From NCBI GenBank assembly GCA_000004985.1, contig GG738865.1: a stretch of 64,000 nucleotides of DNA. One strand, given 5' to 3'. A program made the position numbers and the translations under genes. The notes under the pieces were generated by a model, which was given only the letters and a program-made list of their open reading frames with translations, was not told the origin of the DNA and did not search any database. Position 1 is the first letter of the stretch. Each line of letters begins with the position of its first letter. Of the stretch, positions 51,043 to 61,180 are shown piece by piece. This DNA comes from Naegleria gruberi. Its lineage: Eukaryota.

Positions 51043-53011
51043 GAAAAGAGAATTTGGTGATAAAGCTCTCAATAGTCTAGCGTCCTTTTACAGATACCAT
51101 TTTGGATATATGATACCATTATTCACAAAGTACATGTATAGTTTTACAGAGGAACACTTCACAGATGATATTCCAAGCGAGCCCTTATCAATACTGATAA
51201 GTCTAATGCCACATTCGAAGCAATCTTGGAAAATTTATAGAAATTTAATTGAAGCTGATCATTTAGAAGTGAAAAATCTGGATTCTGTGGCAATCATTTC
51301 AGAGGAACAATCTCAAAGAAATTGTTTCAAGTATGTTTGGAGGGTCAAACAAAAAATATTACATAATGTTGCTTCGATATTGGATACCGAGTTTGAAGAA
51401 TATGTATTCCAATATTCTGTGGGTACAAAATTAATTAGTAATTACAAAGATTTGCTTTTTCAATGCTTAAAAGAAAGTGGAAGTGGACCTCTTGGAAAGT
51501 TAAGCGAGACAGCTATTTCTGCTTCATTAGCGTTTATCAATGTTATTAATGACACAGGTCAGTTTAAGGAGGTGTCAAATGAAATATTGCAAGTTTGGAA
51601 AAGTTTTCTTTTTTCAAATGATTATGCATTAAGGAATTCAGCAATGATTATGTTATGTCTTTACTTCCGAAACAATTATCACTGTCCTGATGATTTGGCA
51701 GAGGCAATTATCAATTCTTATGAAAATTACAAAATCAATATTGTAGACTATTCTGTAATGTTACAAGAATTTGTAAGAATTTTGAAGCAAAATATGAACA
51801 CAAGTATTAATCAATCAATGTTGGAAAAGTTGCGAGAAATGGTTAATAATTTATTCGACACTATTGTTGTTAGAGATTCTCTTGAATATTTGAAAGATGT
51901 CAATGAATATTATCAAACAAGCCCAAGCCATCCAGAGTATGTCAATGAAGGAGAAAAAGAAAAGATACATAGCAAAAACGTAACGGCATGCTTTAGAATA
52001 GTTGAATCTACTTACTCTCTTCTTAGAGATACTAATCTGTTGTTAACGGAGAATTTTCTCTCCATTATTAAGAAAAAAACAGAAACTATTTTGGAAAATA
52101 ATTCTTTCAAAGAGGACAATTTATTGATATTATCACTTATTGATTGTATCACTGAAATAGTTAGATACACTAATAGAAGCCATCTATTAAGAGTTTTTGG
52201 AAATCTTGATTATTATCCATTTTTAACTAAATTAATTCGTAGCACAATTACAGACCCAGATTTCATGGAAACAGGAATAATGCTAGTTGGATTTTTGAGT
52301 GATACCGACGTATTATGGGATCAATGTCCTTTTGATGAAAATGAAACTCCTCAAGTAGAAAATAACTTGGTGTATGATTTTATCCTTCCAATAATTACCA
52401 ACCAAATAGAGAATTGTTTCTATTTTCTTACTGGACTCGAAGTAATGAGGCATACTGATGAACAGCATATTGAACAGTATCAGAAATGGTTTTGGGTTAT
52501 GGGAAGGATAATATTTAATGACATTTTTCGAAATGGAGGAGAGAAGTCACTTTCTCAATATGACAATGTAGCAGAAACCATATTTCATATTTTAGTAATG
52601 TTAGGTGGTAAAATATGTACCGGTTTAATAGAGTCAATTATGGTGACTCTCTTGATTATCAGCAGCAAAAGAATGGAAGTACTAGCTCCAAAACTTGCCC
52701 TTTTCCTTGATAACATTTTCAGTGTTATTGTTTTGCCAACTCTTGATAGACAAGGATACACTGTGTTTTTCTCTCGTGTTTTGGAGTTATTGGACTATCT
52801 GATGGACAATGAAATAATATCTATTGGACCAAGAGAGATGAGTTTGACAACAAACCTACCAGAGATTTACAATTCCTTTTCTATATATTTGAAACTTAAA
52901 GCTGAGAGGGTTTTATTAAAAATGGCTTCACTATTTGAAATGAATGATTCAGATGATGATACAGAAGAGGAATCAGAGCATGAGTCAGAACATGACAATA
53001 CATCTGAATAA
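51005..53011 (+). CDS. 3' ORF (668 aa) of a probable interrupted gene. It is helical-repeat-like, has an acidic C-terminus, and is of unknown function.
   Basis: The ORF-track 'M' at 51005 is a TTG. This frame is actually open from about 50945. The C-terminus is 'DSDDDTEEESEHESEHDNTSE'. Confidence 0.35.
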   Translation: MNIGLVTSLFVSEKREFGDKALNSLASFYRYHFGYMIPLFTKYMYSFTEEHFTDDIPSEPLSILISLMPHSKQSWKIYRNLIEADHLEVKNLDSVAIISEEQSQRNCFKYVWRVKQKILHNVASILDTEFEEYVFQYSVGTKLISNYKDLLFQCLKESGSGPLGKLSETAISASLAFINVINDTGQFKEVSNEILQVWKSFLFSNDYALRNSAMIMLCLYFRNNYHCPDDLAEAIINSYENYKINIVDYSVMLQEFVRILKQNMNTSINQSMLEKLREMVNNLFDTIVVRDSLEYLKDVNEYYQTSPSHPEYVNEGEKEKIHSKNVTACFRIVESTYSLLRDTNLLLTENFLSIIKKKTETILENNSFKEDNLLILSLIDCITEIVRYTNRSHLLRVFGNLDYYPFLTKLIRSTITDPDFMETGIMLVGFLSDTDVLWDQCPFDENETPQVENNLVYDFILPIITNQIENCFYFLTGLEVMRHTDEQHIEQYQKWFWVMGRIIFNDIFRNGGEKSLSQYDNVAETIFHILVMLGGKICTGLIESIMVTLLIISSKRMEVLAPKLALFLDNIFSVIVLPTLDRQGYTVFFSRVLELLDYLMDNEIISIGPREMSLTTNLPEIYNSFSIYLKLKAERVLLKMASLFEMNDSDDDTEEESEHESEHDNTSE

Positions 53012-53039
53012 TTTCTAGATCTTTATATTACACATTAAT

Positions 53040-53789
53040 TTATTCAACATCTACTTTTACAACATTATGATCATCCCTTTGCAATACGAAAAAGTAAGGT
53101 TCCTTCATTCCTTTCAAATCCATCACTCCCAAAACTGTATTCTCATCCACCTTTCTAAAAACATCATTAATTGGTTGAGTATCATACACCATGGTTGCAC
53201 TGACCTTTCCTCTAAATTCAGTCATTCTCAATCTGGCTTTGGATTTTCTTATGGAAATGAAAGGTTTCAACCATAACATGATCTTTTTAACAAATGGAGT
53301 TCTAGGAACATTGGTTAGTGTCATTCCAGCAACTACTCGATCAGGATTAACTGCAAACAAATCTCTGCTATTCGATTCATAAAACAGTAATGGATGGACA
53401 TTTTCTGTATCTTGAAACATCTTGCCATACCACCCAGAAATATCCAACATGTTATCCATAGGATGATTAGTTCTGAATTCACTTCCTTTCCATCTTCCGA
53501 TCATAAAGTCCGTGGACACAGGTTCCAACTGATCATAGAAATCCAATGCAATTTGACGTTCGGTAATTCCTCCCTTCAATCCAGAATCAAAGATCTCTCT
53601 CGTGGCCACTTGTGAATCCTTTTGCACAATATTTTGTGAGTGAAATTGATGAGTGTGAAAATTCATCATCATCATCTTTGTGGTCATCATCATCAAACCA
53701 CCCAATTGTTGTTGTGAATTATTGATGAGAAGTGGATGATGAAGACTCTTCATGATATTTAACATGTTGTTTCCTCCTTGTCTAATCAT
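53040..53789 (-). CDS. GXWXG-domain plus DUF4334-domain protein.
   Basis: 'FMIGRWKGSEF' contains the GxWxG motif. The C-terminal 'YDTQPINDVFRKVDENTVLGVMDLKGMKEPYFFVLQRD' matches the DUF4334 pattern (D.FR.vD...lG.MD.KG...P.FF.L.R). The ATG at 53787-53789 was verified. There is no intron. Confidence 0.55.
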   Translation of the reverse strand: MIRQGGNNMLNIMKSLHHPLLINNSQQQLGGLMMMTTKMMMMNFHTHQFHSQNIVQKDSQVATREIFDSGLKGGITERQIALDFYDQLEPVSTDFMIGRWKGSEFRTNHPMDNMLDISGWYGKMFQDTENVHPLLFYESNSRDLFAVNPDRVVAGMTLTNVPRTPFVKKIMLWLKPFISIRKSKARLRMTEFRGKVSATMVYDTQPINDVFRKVDENTVLGVMDLKGMKEPYFFVLQRDDHNVVKVDVE

Positions 53790-54058
53790 TTTTTTAATTT
53801 GTGTAATTTTACTGTTTGTTGTTCTGGCAGTGAGTCAATTAAGTTCGTTCGTACTCGATGGATGATGATTGTTTTTCAAGAAGGAGGACTTGTCGGAAAC
53901 TATCCGCCTCCGAACATTCCTACACTGCGATGAAATTTATTACAAAATTTTACCTTAATTGTTCATCATTGACGAATTTTAGACCATTTCCATGCTGCAT
54001 CCAGTTTTAAAAAGTGTGTGAAAACAATTTCAAAATTTAAAACCAAAATCAAAAAAAA

Positions 54059-55120
54059 ATGCAAAACGAAAAGATGAGAAGGTTTTTCAATGGTGGAATT
54101 GTTTCACAAGAGATTATAGAGAGTGCTGATTTGAGAGGAAAGACAGTTGTGGTGACTGGAGCTTTGAAAGGTGGGTTGGGATTTGAGACTGCTAAAGTAT
54201 TGTACGAGTTGGGGGCTCATGTAGTTTTGGCTGTTTTGGATGAGAAGAAAGGAAACGAATCGATGAGTGAAATTGTTAGAAAGAGTCAAGAGGAAGTGAA
54301 TGAGAGTAGAACTGCCTATACTTCAGTGGAAGCTGTTTGTTTTGGAAGAAGAGACTTGATCGGAAGTGGAAGTTTGGATGTCATGGTTGTTGATCTTTCT
54401 GATTTGGCATCTGTCAAGAAATTTACAGAAAACTTCAAAGCAAAATATGACAAGATTGACATCCTACTTAACAATGCAGGTGTCATGCTCACACCACATG
54501 GTGTTACCAAGCAAGGTGTAGAAATCCAATTTGGAATCAATCATTTGGGTCATTTCTTATTGACACATGAATTACTTGATTTGGTAATGAATGCAAATGG
54601 ACGAATTGTAAACTTGTCATCCATTTGTGGTGAATTTATCAAGTGGAAAGATCCTACTACCAATTTCTCCATTAACAGTGTTACTGGACCATGCAATTTC
54701 TCTCCATCCATCCATTTATACAATCGTTCCAAATTTGCATGTGCAATCAATGCCAAATGTCTTGACAGATTTTTATTGAAAGAGAATGATCAGAGTTTTG
54801 CTGTGAGTGTCCACCCAGGTGTAATCGAAACTAATCTATTTACTCATCGAACTGTTATGAAATATGTCTTTCATTTTGGAAATATGTTTCTCAAGAAACC
54901 ATTTTACGGAGCTCAGACAAGTTTATATGCTGCATTAGCACCAAAGGACAAACTTTTGAGAAGTGAATATCATGCTGATTGTAAACCTAAATTGATAGAT
55001 TTGAAATTGAGAAATAGTTCAGAACTTCAGGATAGATTATGGGAAACAAGTTTGAAATTATGTGAAAATTACTTGGCTGTTCAAAGAAAGTTACCAAACG
55101 CCATCAAGAATAAACTGTAA
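54059..55120 (+). CDS. Short-chain dehydrogenase/reductase, retinol-dehydrogenase/WWOX-like.
   Basis: 'KTVVVTGALKGGLGFETAK' carries TGxxxGxG. The NAG motif is in 'LLNNAGVM'. The catalytic 'YNRSKFA' gives YxxxK. 'RIVNLSS' is also present. The ATG at 54059 was verified. Confidence 0.7.
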   Translation: MQNEKMRRFFNGGIVSQEIIESADLRGKTVVVTGALKGGLGFETAKVLYELGAHVVLAVLDEKKGNESMSEIVRKSQEEVNESRTAYTSVEAVCFGRRDLIGSGSLDVMVVDLSDLASVKKFTENFKAKYDKIDILLNNAGVMLTPHGVTKQGVEIQFGINHLGHFLLTHELLDLVMNANGRIVNLSSICGEFIKWKDPTTNFSINSVTGPCNFSPSIHLYNRSKFACAINAKCLDRFLLKENDQSFAVSVHPGVIETNLFTHRTVMKYVFHFGNMFLKKPFYGAQTSLYAALAPKDKLLRSEYHADCKPKLIDLKLRNSSELQDRLWETSLKLCENYLAVQRKLPNAIKNKL

Positions 55121-55228
55121 ATAAACCCTATAATATCATAATATTTATAATATTTGGAAATTATCAGAAATTATTAGCAATTTCTTTAAATAGAAGATTT
55201 TTCCATTTTTATTTAATACTATCTTTAT

Positions 55229-56971
55229 TTAGTATAGCAATGTTTCAAGTCGTTTTATGGATACTAACCAACCCTGAGCAGTATAACCCAATTCATTCTT
55301 GTTAATTATCAAAGTTCTCAAACTTTTTAGTTCACTAGTTCTGTGGATGTGTTCCACTCCTGTGAAAGTAATTTGGTTGGATACCAATGAGAGGCTATTC
55401 AAGTTATTCATATTGGTGCTATATGCAATGTGTCTAACACCTAAATCTTTGATTTCACAATTGGATAAACCAAGCTCTGTCAGATTTTGGAGATTTTCAC
55501 AATTTGAAATATGACAGGCACCTGCAGAACCAATAGGATGATCATCCAATATCAATTGAGTCAAGTTGTTTATAAAGGGGCTCTTGCATAATAGCTGACA
55601 ACCAGTTGATGACAAACGAGTTTCCAAAGCTGTCAACCTTTCCAAATTTGTGCAAGTAAATAATTGCTTGAATTGTGATTCTCCATTTAAAAACAATCCT
55701 AATCTGACAATATTTCTAATAAACTTGCCAGAAACTATCTGGGAAGTTATTTTTTCACTCATGTGAGACAAACAAATATCAAGAAATTTCACTCTTGACA
55801 TTTTCTCACTTGACATTAAGGATTGCACTCCTTCTTCATGAATATCATTATTGTTCAATGATAAACTAGTTAAATTTTGCATGTTTTCGCTTTCTGCAAT
55901 GCTTTTCAATGCAAGATCACAAATGCCAATATCACAAATATTTAAATTTTCTAAATTTCTCATGAGTGGATTTCTGGTCAACTCTATAATTGGTTCGCTT
56001 CCAATTAAAAGATTTCTACTCCAGAATAGTTTCTTCAATTTTGGGAAATGAGAACTTTTAGCAAATGCTAAAGCACCAACAGTTGAAATTTCACATTCAC
56101 AAGCATCAAGAAAGGTCAAATTAGGCATTCCTACACATTTTGACAAGAAAATCATTCCTTCATCTCCTATTTTCGTATTGAATATAGATATTTCAATTAA
56201 ATTAGTCATATTTTTAGAATTACATAAAAATTCCATTCCAATTTTGGTAATACTATTTGTGGAAATTCTCAAAATTGTCAAATTAGTAATGAACGGACTC
56301 TCTGAAATATATTCAAGAGACTTATCTGTCAGCTTATTCATGGAAACATCCAAAACTTTCAAATTCTTCATTTTTTCACTGTTACAAAGCGCATAAATTC
56401 CCTCATCTGCAATGTAATTTCCACTCACATTAAAATGTGTCAAATTCTTTACAATATCTTGAGAGCAAAACTTTTGAAAACTGAAAGAGCTCACTTTAGA
56501 GAGTGCCACTTCCAAAGTTTCCAACTTTCTAATTTTGGAAAGTTTAGAAATCAATTCCATTCCAGAATATCCTAATTGGACATTTTCACTTGTTTTTGAT
56601 AAATGAAGGCTTGTGAAATTCTCGATATATTTTGAATTGGACTTTTGCATGACATCTAAAACTCTTTGTGGTGAAAATGGATTTTTAATTCTATAGGAAA
56701 GTCTTAACTGATTAGTTTCGAATAACCATTGTTTTGAAATTAATGCACAGGTCTGAAGAACAAAACGAAAATCAAGAAATGTCATTATTTCATGACAAAT
56801 ATCATTAGGAATATCCAGAATAACTCCTACAGTTGGAGAAGAAACTAGTTTAGTTTTGCGTTTGGTTGCATTATATTTCGGATAGGAAGTTTCTTTTAAT
56901 TTACCTGAAACAGAACCTTCTATTGTTGTTCGTTTTCTGAACGAAACGACAGGAGTTGGATAAATCCTCAT
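55229..56971 (-). CDS. F-box-like / leucine-rich-repeat protein.
   Basis: An N-terminal F-box-like region reads 'DICHEIMTFLDFRFVLQTCALISKQWLFE'. About 14 LRR units follow ('NLKVLDVSMNKLTDKSLEYI', 'NLTFLDACECEIS...'). The ATG at 56969-56971 was verified. Confidence 0.55.
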   Translation of the reverse strand: MRIYPTPVVSFRKRTTIEGSVSGKLKETSYPKYNATKRKTKLVSSPTVGVILDIPNDICHEIMTFLDFRFVLQTCALISKQWLFETNQLRLSYRIKNPFSPQRVLDVMQKSNSKYIENFTSLHLSKTSENVQLGYSGMELISKLSKIRKLETLEVALSKVSSFSFQKFCSQDIVKNLTHFNVSGNYIADEGIYALCNSEKMKNLKVLDVSMNKLTDKSLEYISESPFITNLTILRISTNSITKIGMEFLCNSKNMTNLIEISIFNTKIGDEGMIFLSKCVGMPNLTFLDACECEISTVGALAFAKSSHFPKLKKLFWSRNLLIGSEPIIELTRNPLMRNLENLNICDIGICDLALKSIAESENMQNLTSLSLNNNDIHEEGVQSLMSSEKMSRVKFLDICLSHMSEKITSQIVSGKFIRNIVRLGLFLNGESQFKQLFTCTNLERLTALETRLSSTGCQLLCKSPFINNLTQLILDDHPIGSAGACHISNCENLQNLTELGLSNCEIKDLGVRHIAYSTNMNNLNSLSLVSNQITFTGVEHIHRTSELKSLRTLIINKNELGYTAQGWLVSIKRLETLLY

Positions 56972-57366
56972 TCAAGTGTTCTTGTTTCTTTTTTTTTTCT
57001 AATTATTTTCTTGTAATGTGGCCCAATAGTTTTTTAAAGTGAAATGCGAACTTCTAATTGACACTCATCTTTCATCCATTAAAGTCTTCAAGACTTTCAA
57101 ATTGATGAAAGTTTAGGTTCAATCCAATAGATTTTAAAAACAAGTTTGATGGATAATCGGAAATATAATTTTGCAATTTGATGGACAAGGAACTTGGAAA
57201 AGCAGGTTAAAAAAATGAAAAAATGAAAGTGGCAAAGCTTTGATTAATTTCTAGATGGTTTCAAGAGATGAACATGTAAAATTTGAAAATTAGGTAGATT
57301 AGATTAATGGCTTGATATAATGAAAAAGTTAAAACTCAAAGGTTGGTGATTGTGTTAAAAATTTAT

Positions 57367-57437
57367 CTCGAGTGCCGGGAATTGAACCCGGGTCGCCAGA
57401 GTGACAGTCTGGAATGCTACCACTATACCACACCCGA
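57367..57437 (-). tRNA. tRNA-Asp, anticodon GUC.
   Basis: The reverse complement reads TCGGGTGTGGTATAGTGGTAGCATTCCAGACTGTCACTCTGGCGACCCGGGTTCAATTCCCGGCACTCGAG. The anticodon loop CTGTCAC gives GUC. Confidence 0.75.
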
Positions 57438-57504
57438 TTTCACATTTATTAACACTGTTTGTTTGATTGTATAAATTAACCGCCTAACCATTAAATTTAT
57501 TGCC

Positions 57505-58650
57505 TCAAATTGAATTATCTTCCTCATCTGAATCTGTTGTTTCCCCTTTAAACTTAGCAAAAGGTATCCATTGCTCATTACTTGCCAGGAATGATTTCTC
57601 ATGCTCTCCCAATGTACATTGTAAGTAATTATAAATGAGTTGATATCTCACAATTGTTCTTTCCTCAGACAATATTCCAATTTCTTTCAAATTCTTCTCA
57701 AAATCATTTCCAAGAATCTCACTCAATAACTCCACAGCTGGTTCATTGATCCTCTCCTTATTACTATCCATATAACCTGTAGCAGAGGAAAACATAAACC
57801 CACCAAACACCTCCTGGCCATAAACAGTGAACGATTCACTGGCATTGGAAATTCCTCTGAGCGTGTCGATATTTCTTTGATATTCTCCCTCCACCACCAG
57901 TGGATATCCACAATTGGTGAAAATCAGACATTTAACTTTGTAATGTATATGTCCTTCCATACTTTTATCTAATTTCCATTCCAAAATAAATTCATCTCGT
58001 GATCCACTTGTGAAAATTAACTCAATTTCATCTTTGCTTATTTCAGTTTTACCCAATTCTTCAGTGATAATATAAGAACCTTCTAGAAAATAACCAAAAT
58101 TTGAATTGATAAATCGTTTGGCTTTCATTCTATCCAAAATTTGATATAAATTGTCAAATTGAAAGTCTGCACTGTAAATGTCATCAATTAAATTTGATAA
58201 TTTTTCTTTGGATTTTTGATAGAGATTGGAATCATTCAATTGAAGATACCATTGAAAAACTTGTTGAAAACTCGTTGGTGGATTGGATAAGTCGAGAGTG
58301 CCCTTTTTAGAATGTTTGATATTCTTTTTTTTCTTGTCAAATGTAGTTTCGTCTCGTTTCCTCTTCTCACCAACAGCTCCATTCAATAAAGATTCACGAA
58401 ATATTGGTGGATTATAAATTAATTCTTCCAATTTCTTCTCCTCTTCCTCTAACAAATTAAAATATTCGCACAAATAATCCCGAGCGAATGTTTCACTATT
58501 CGAAAAGGAATAAAATGTTTTTGAGATCAGAAATGGCTTGCTAACTTTCCATTCCTCTGGTTTTATGAAGAGAAGAATTTGAGAACAAACAACCGTATCA
58601 AAACAAGCAAAAGATCCACTGGATGTGAAAACCGTAGCGTGTGGAAGCAT
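57505..58650 (-). CDS. Hypothetical protein of about 381 aa.
   Basis: The ORF-track start 58662 is a TTG, and the ATG at 58648-58650 precedes 'MLPHATVFTSSG'. No domain was recognised. Confidence 0.4.
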   Translation of the reverse strand: MLPHATVFTSSGSFACFDTVVCSQILLFIKPEEWKVSKPFLISKTFYSFSNSETFARDYLCEYFNLLEEEEKKLEELIYNPPIFRESLLNGAVGEKRKRDETTFDKKKKNIKHSKKGTLDLSNPPTSFQQVFQWYLQLNDSNLYQKSKEKLSNLIDDIYSADFQFDNLYQILDRMKAKRFINSNFGYFLEGSYIITEELGKTEISKDEIELIFTSGSRDEFILEWKLDKSMEGHIHYKVKCLIFTNCGYPLVVEGEYQRNIDTLRGISNASESFTVYGQEVFGGFMFSSATGYMDSNKERINEPAVELLSEILGNDFEKNLKEIGILSEERTIVRYQLIYNYLQCTLGEHEKSFLASNEQWIPFAKFKGETTDSDEEDNSI

Positions 58651-58791
58651 TTTTTTTGACAATTATTTTTACAATATTTGAAAATCTTGTAAAATTGAGA
58701 ATTTTTTAAAGTTCTTGCAGAGTTCTTTGAACTTCAGAGGTGAAATTAATTTTTCCTTTTTAGATTTTCCATAATTTTACAATAAAAAAAA

Positions 58792-59928
58792 ATGGGAAAC
58801 AAGCAAGCAACACAGGATATTGACGAACATGGTGGCGACAATGATCAAGAAACAATTCGAATAGATTCGTTTCTCATGATGGTTGGCGGAAGTTCAAGCG
58901 GAAAAACACAAACAATTTTAAATATTAGAAAGGATTTTAATATTGCGATAAGGATTTATCAAATTATGGACATGTTATTGTGGGAATTGAAAGTAGTAAC
59001 GGATGAATCTATGCAATTACCAATGTATTTAATTCCGAAATTTTGTAAAATGAAACGAAACTGGAAGAAAGAAAGAAAAGTTTATTTACAGAGATTGGAT
59101 GAAAAATTTAGAAAGAAATTGGAATTATATGATGTTTCTATTGATTCTTTGGTGGAAGTGGTTGGAAAATCCATTGGAAAGGATAAACATTTGAGTCCAC
59201 TTATGGATAAACAAATTTTCAAACGGTTGACCAAATCAGATTTTGACATTCTTGAAAAATGTAAAATAATTCTCAAGACCTTTTACATATTCGAGACGTG
59301 TAATTTTCCCTTTAGAGTTGTTAACGAGCAGAATGTCGGATTAGTACTGGTTTCGACTAACATTTTTAAACTACCTCAAGCTATTACAAATTTGAAAGCT
59401 TTGAAAATATTCGAAACTGTTTTAATTTATGTTTCATTGACTGGATTTTTAGATAATACAGACATTAGAAATCATATTAGATATTCGAATGAATTGGATA
59501 GGACCATAGAAAGTCTGATTGAAAATGTTGTACAGTTTCCTGATAAGAGATTTGAATTTGTATTTACAAAACCAGATTTATTAGAAATGGTACTATCAAA
59601 AGGTGTTGAATATCCTAGACGAATACTTCATTCAACAAGAAATGAGTTTCGTTCAATTCCATCATTTGCCAAAACTCTGAAAATCATTAGCTCAATAATT
59701 GCAGAATGCGAAGAAAAGTTTCTCCACTTTACCAACTATCAAAAACCATTCCAATTTCATATTGCTCGGGCTAATTTGTTAAATGAAATGGAGAGAGTAC
59801 TTGCTAGTGCAACAGGTAACCATTTCAAACAGTTTATTACACCAATTATCAAATTTTATACTCCACCATTCGAATCATCTCAAATCATGATCGCTTTTTC
59901 AGATATTTCATTTACGATTTCTATGTAA
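58792..59928 (+). CDS. N-myristoylated P-loop protein with divergent G-alpha-like features.
   Basis: 'MGNKQAT' has Gly2. 'MMVGGSSSGKTQTI' is P-loop-like (compare G-alpha 'LLLGAGESGKSTI'). 'FVFTKPDLLEMV' resembles the G-alpha NKxD region 'LFLNKKDLFEEK'. No DxxGQ switch II was seen. Confidence 0.35.
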   Translation: MGNKQATQDIDEHGGDNDQETIRIDSFLMMVGGSSSGKTQTILNIRKDFNIAIRIYQIMDMLLWELKVVTDESMQLPMYLIPKFCKMKRNWKKERKVYLQRLDEKFRKKLELYDVSIDSLVEVVGKSIGKDKHLSPLMDKQIFKRLTKSDFDILEKCKIILKTFYIFETCNFPFRVVNEQNVGLVLVSTNIFKLPQAITNLKALKIFETVLIYVSLTGFLDNTDIRNHIRYSNELDRTIESLIENVVQFPDKRFEFVFTKPDLLEMVLSKGVEYPRRILHSTRNEFRSIPSFAKTLKIISSIIAECEEKFLHFTNYQKPFQFHIARANLLNEMERVLASATGNHFKQFITPIIKFYTPPFESSQIMIAFSDISFTISM

Positions 59929-60025
59929 ACCAAGAGATAGTGTTGTTTCGTTTTAGTAAACAAGTACCGTAGGTCTGATTTTGTTTGACAAATTATGTTA
60001 TATTCCTTGGATTAAGGTTATGAAT

Positions 60026-60144
60026 GGCTACGGCCATATCACGATGAATGCACCTCATCCCGTCCGATTTGAGAAGTTAAGCATCGTCGAGCCACATCAG
60101 TACTGAGGTTGGAGACAACTTGGGAACCTGTGGTGCTGTAGTCT
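60026..60144 (+). rRNA. 5S ribosomal RNA gene with a downstream T-run terminator.
   Basis: GGCTACGGCCATATCACGATGAATGCACCTCATCCCGTCCGATTTGAGAAGTTAAGCATCGTCGAGCCACATCAGTACTGAGGTTGGAGACAACTTGGGAACCTGTGGTGCTGTAGTC. The conserved 5S blocks are present (CCCGTCCGAT, GAAGTTAAGC, GGTTGGAGACAAC...GGGAAC, GGTGCTGTAG). Helix I pairs the 5' GGCTAC with the 3' GTAGTC. The gene is followed by TTTTT. Confidence 0.8.
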
Positions 60145-60198
60145 TTTTATATTTTAAACCATGTTGTGGTTCTTTTATTTGGTTTTTAATGGTCTTTA

Positions 60199-61180
60199 TT
60201 ACTTTCGACTGTTTAATGAAATTATTTCTGCTTCCTTCATAAACTCTACGTCGTTTCTTAATGATTCATCGGCATATTCAAGTGCTTGTAGTCCATATGT
60301 TTTAACTGCCTCCATAACAACTTCTCTGTCTTTTCTTAATGATTCATCTGCAAATTCAAGTGCCCATCCATGTTGCTGAACTGCTTCCATTACAACTTGT
60401 CTATCTTTTTTCAATTCATTATCTGCATATTTAAGTGCTCGACCATGCATGTTAATTGCTATCATTACAAGCTCTCTATCTTTCCTCAGTGCTTCACCTG
60501 CAAATTCAAATGCCCATACATCATGTTGAACTGCTCGCAGTACAATTTCTCTATCATTTCTAAATGATTCATCGGCAAATTCAAGTGCTCGTCCCTGTAT
60601 TACAACTGCCTCTAAAACAAATTCTTTGTCTTGTTTCAATGATTCATCAGCAAATTCAAGAGCCAAACCATGTGATTTAATCGCTGCCATTACAATTCCT
60701 CTATCTTTTTTCAGTAGTGTATCTGCAAACTCGAGTGCCCATCCATTTTGTTGAACTGCCTCCAAAATCACTTCTCTGTCTTTTCTTAATGATATATCTG
60801 CATGTTTAAGTATTTGCCATTGAATCTTAATTAATTCCATTACAAGTTTTCTGTCTTTTCTGAGGGATTCATCTGCAAATTCAAATGCATGATCATTTTG
60901 TGCTACTTTTAGAATAAAGTCTCTATCTTTTCTTAATGATTCGTCTGCAAATTTAAATGCTTGTCCATGGATTTTAATTGCTTCAAATACAATTTCTCTA
61001 TCTTTTCTTAGTGATTCGTCTACATATTGAAGCGCCCATCCATTTTGCTTAACAGCTTCCATTACTATTTCTTTATCTTTTCTTAATGATTCATCTGCAA
61101 ATTCAAGTTTCAATCCCTTTCGTTTAACTGTCTCTATTACAACCTGTCTATCTTTTCTAAGTGATTCATCTGCAAATGCC
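60199..61180. repeat. Coding tandem repeat of about 13 units of about 75 nt, the DUF4116 units of the kinase gene.
   Basis: The nucleotide periodicity is visible by eye (recurring 'gattcatc[tg]gcaaattcaagtgc'). Confidence 0.5.

Noticed and set aside
60199-61180. Regular ~75-nt periodic repeats that could superficially resemble a CRISPR-like array
   Set aside because: The repeats are in frame inside a long kinase ORF and encode DUF4116 protein repeats. There are no spacers or cas genes, and the context is eukaryotic.
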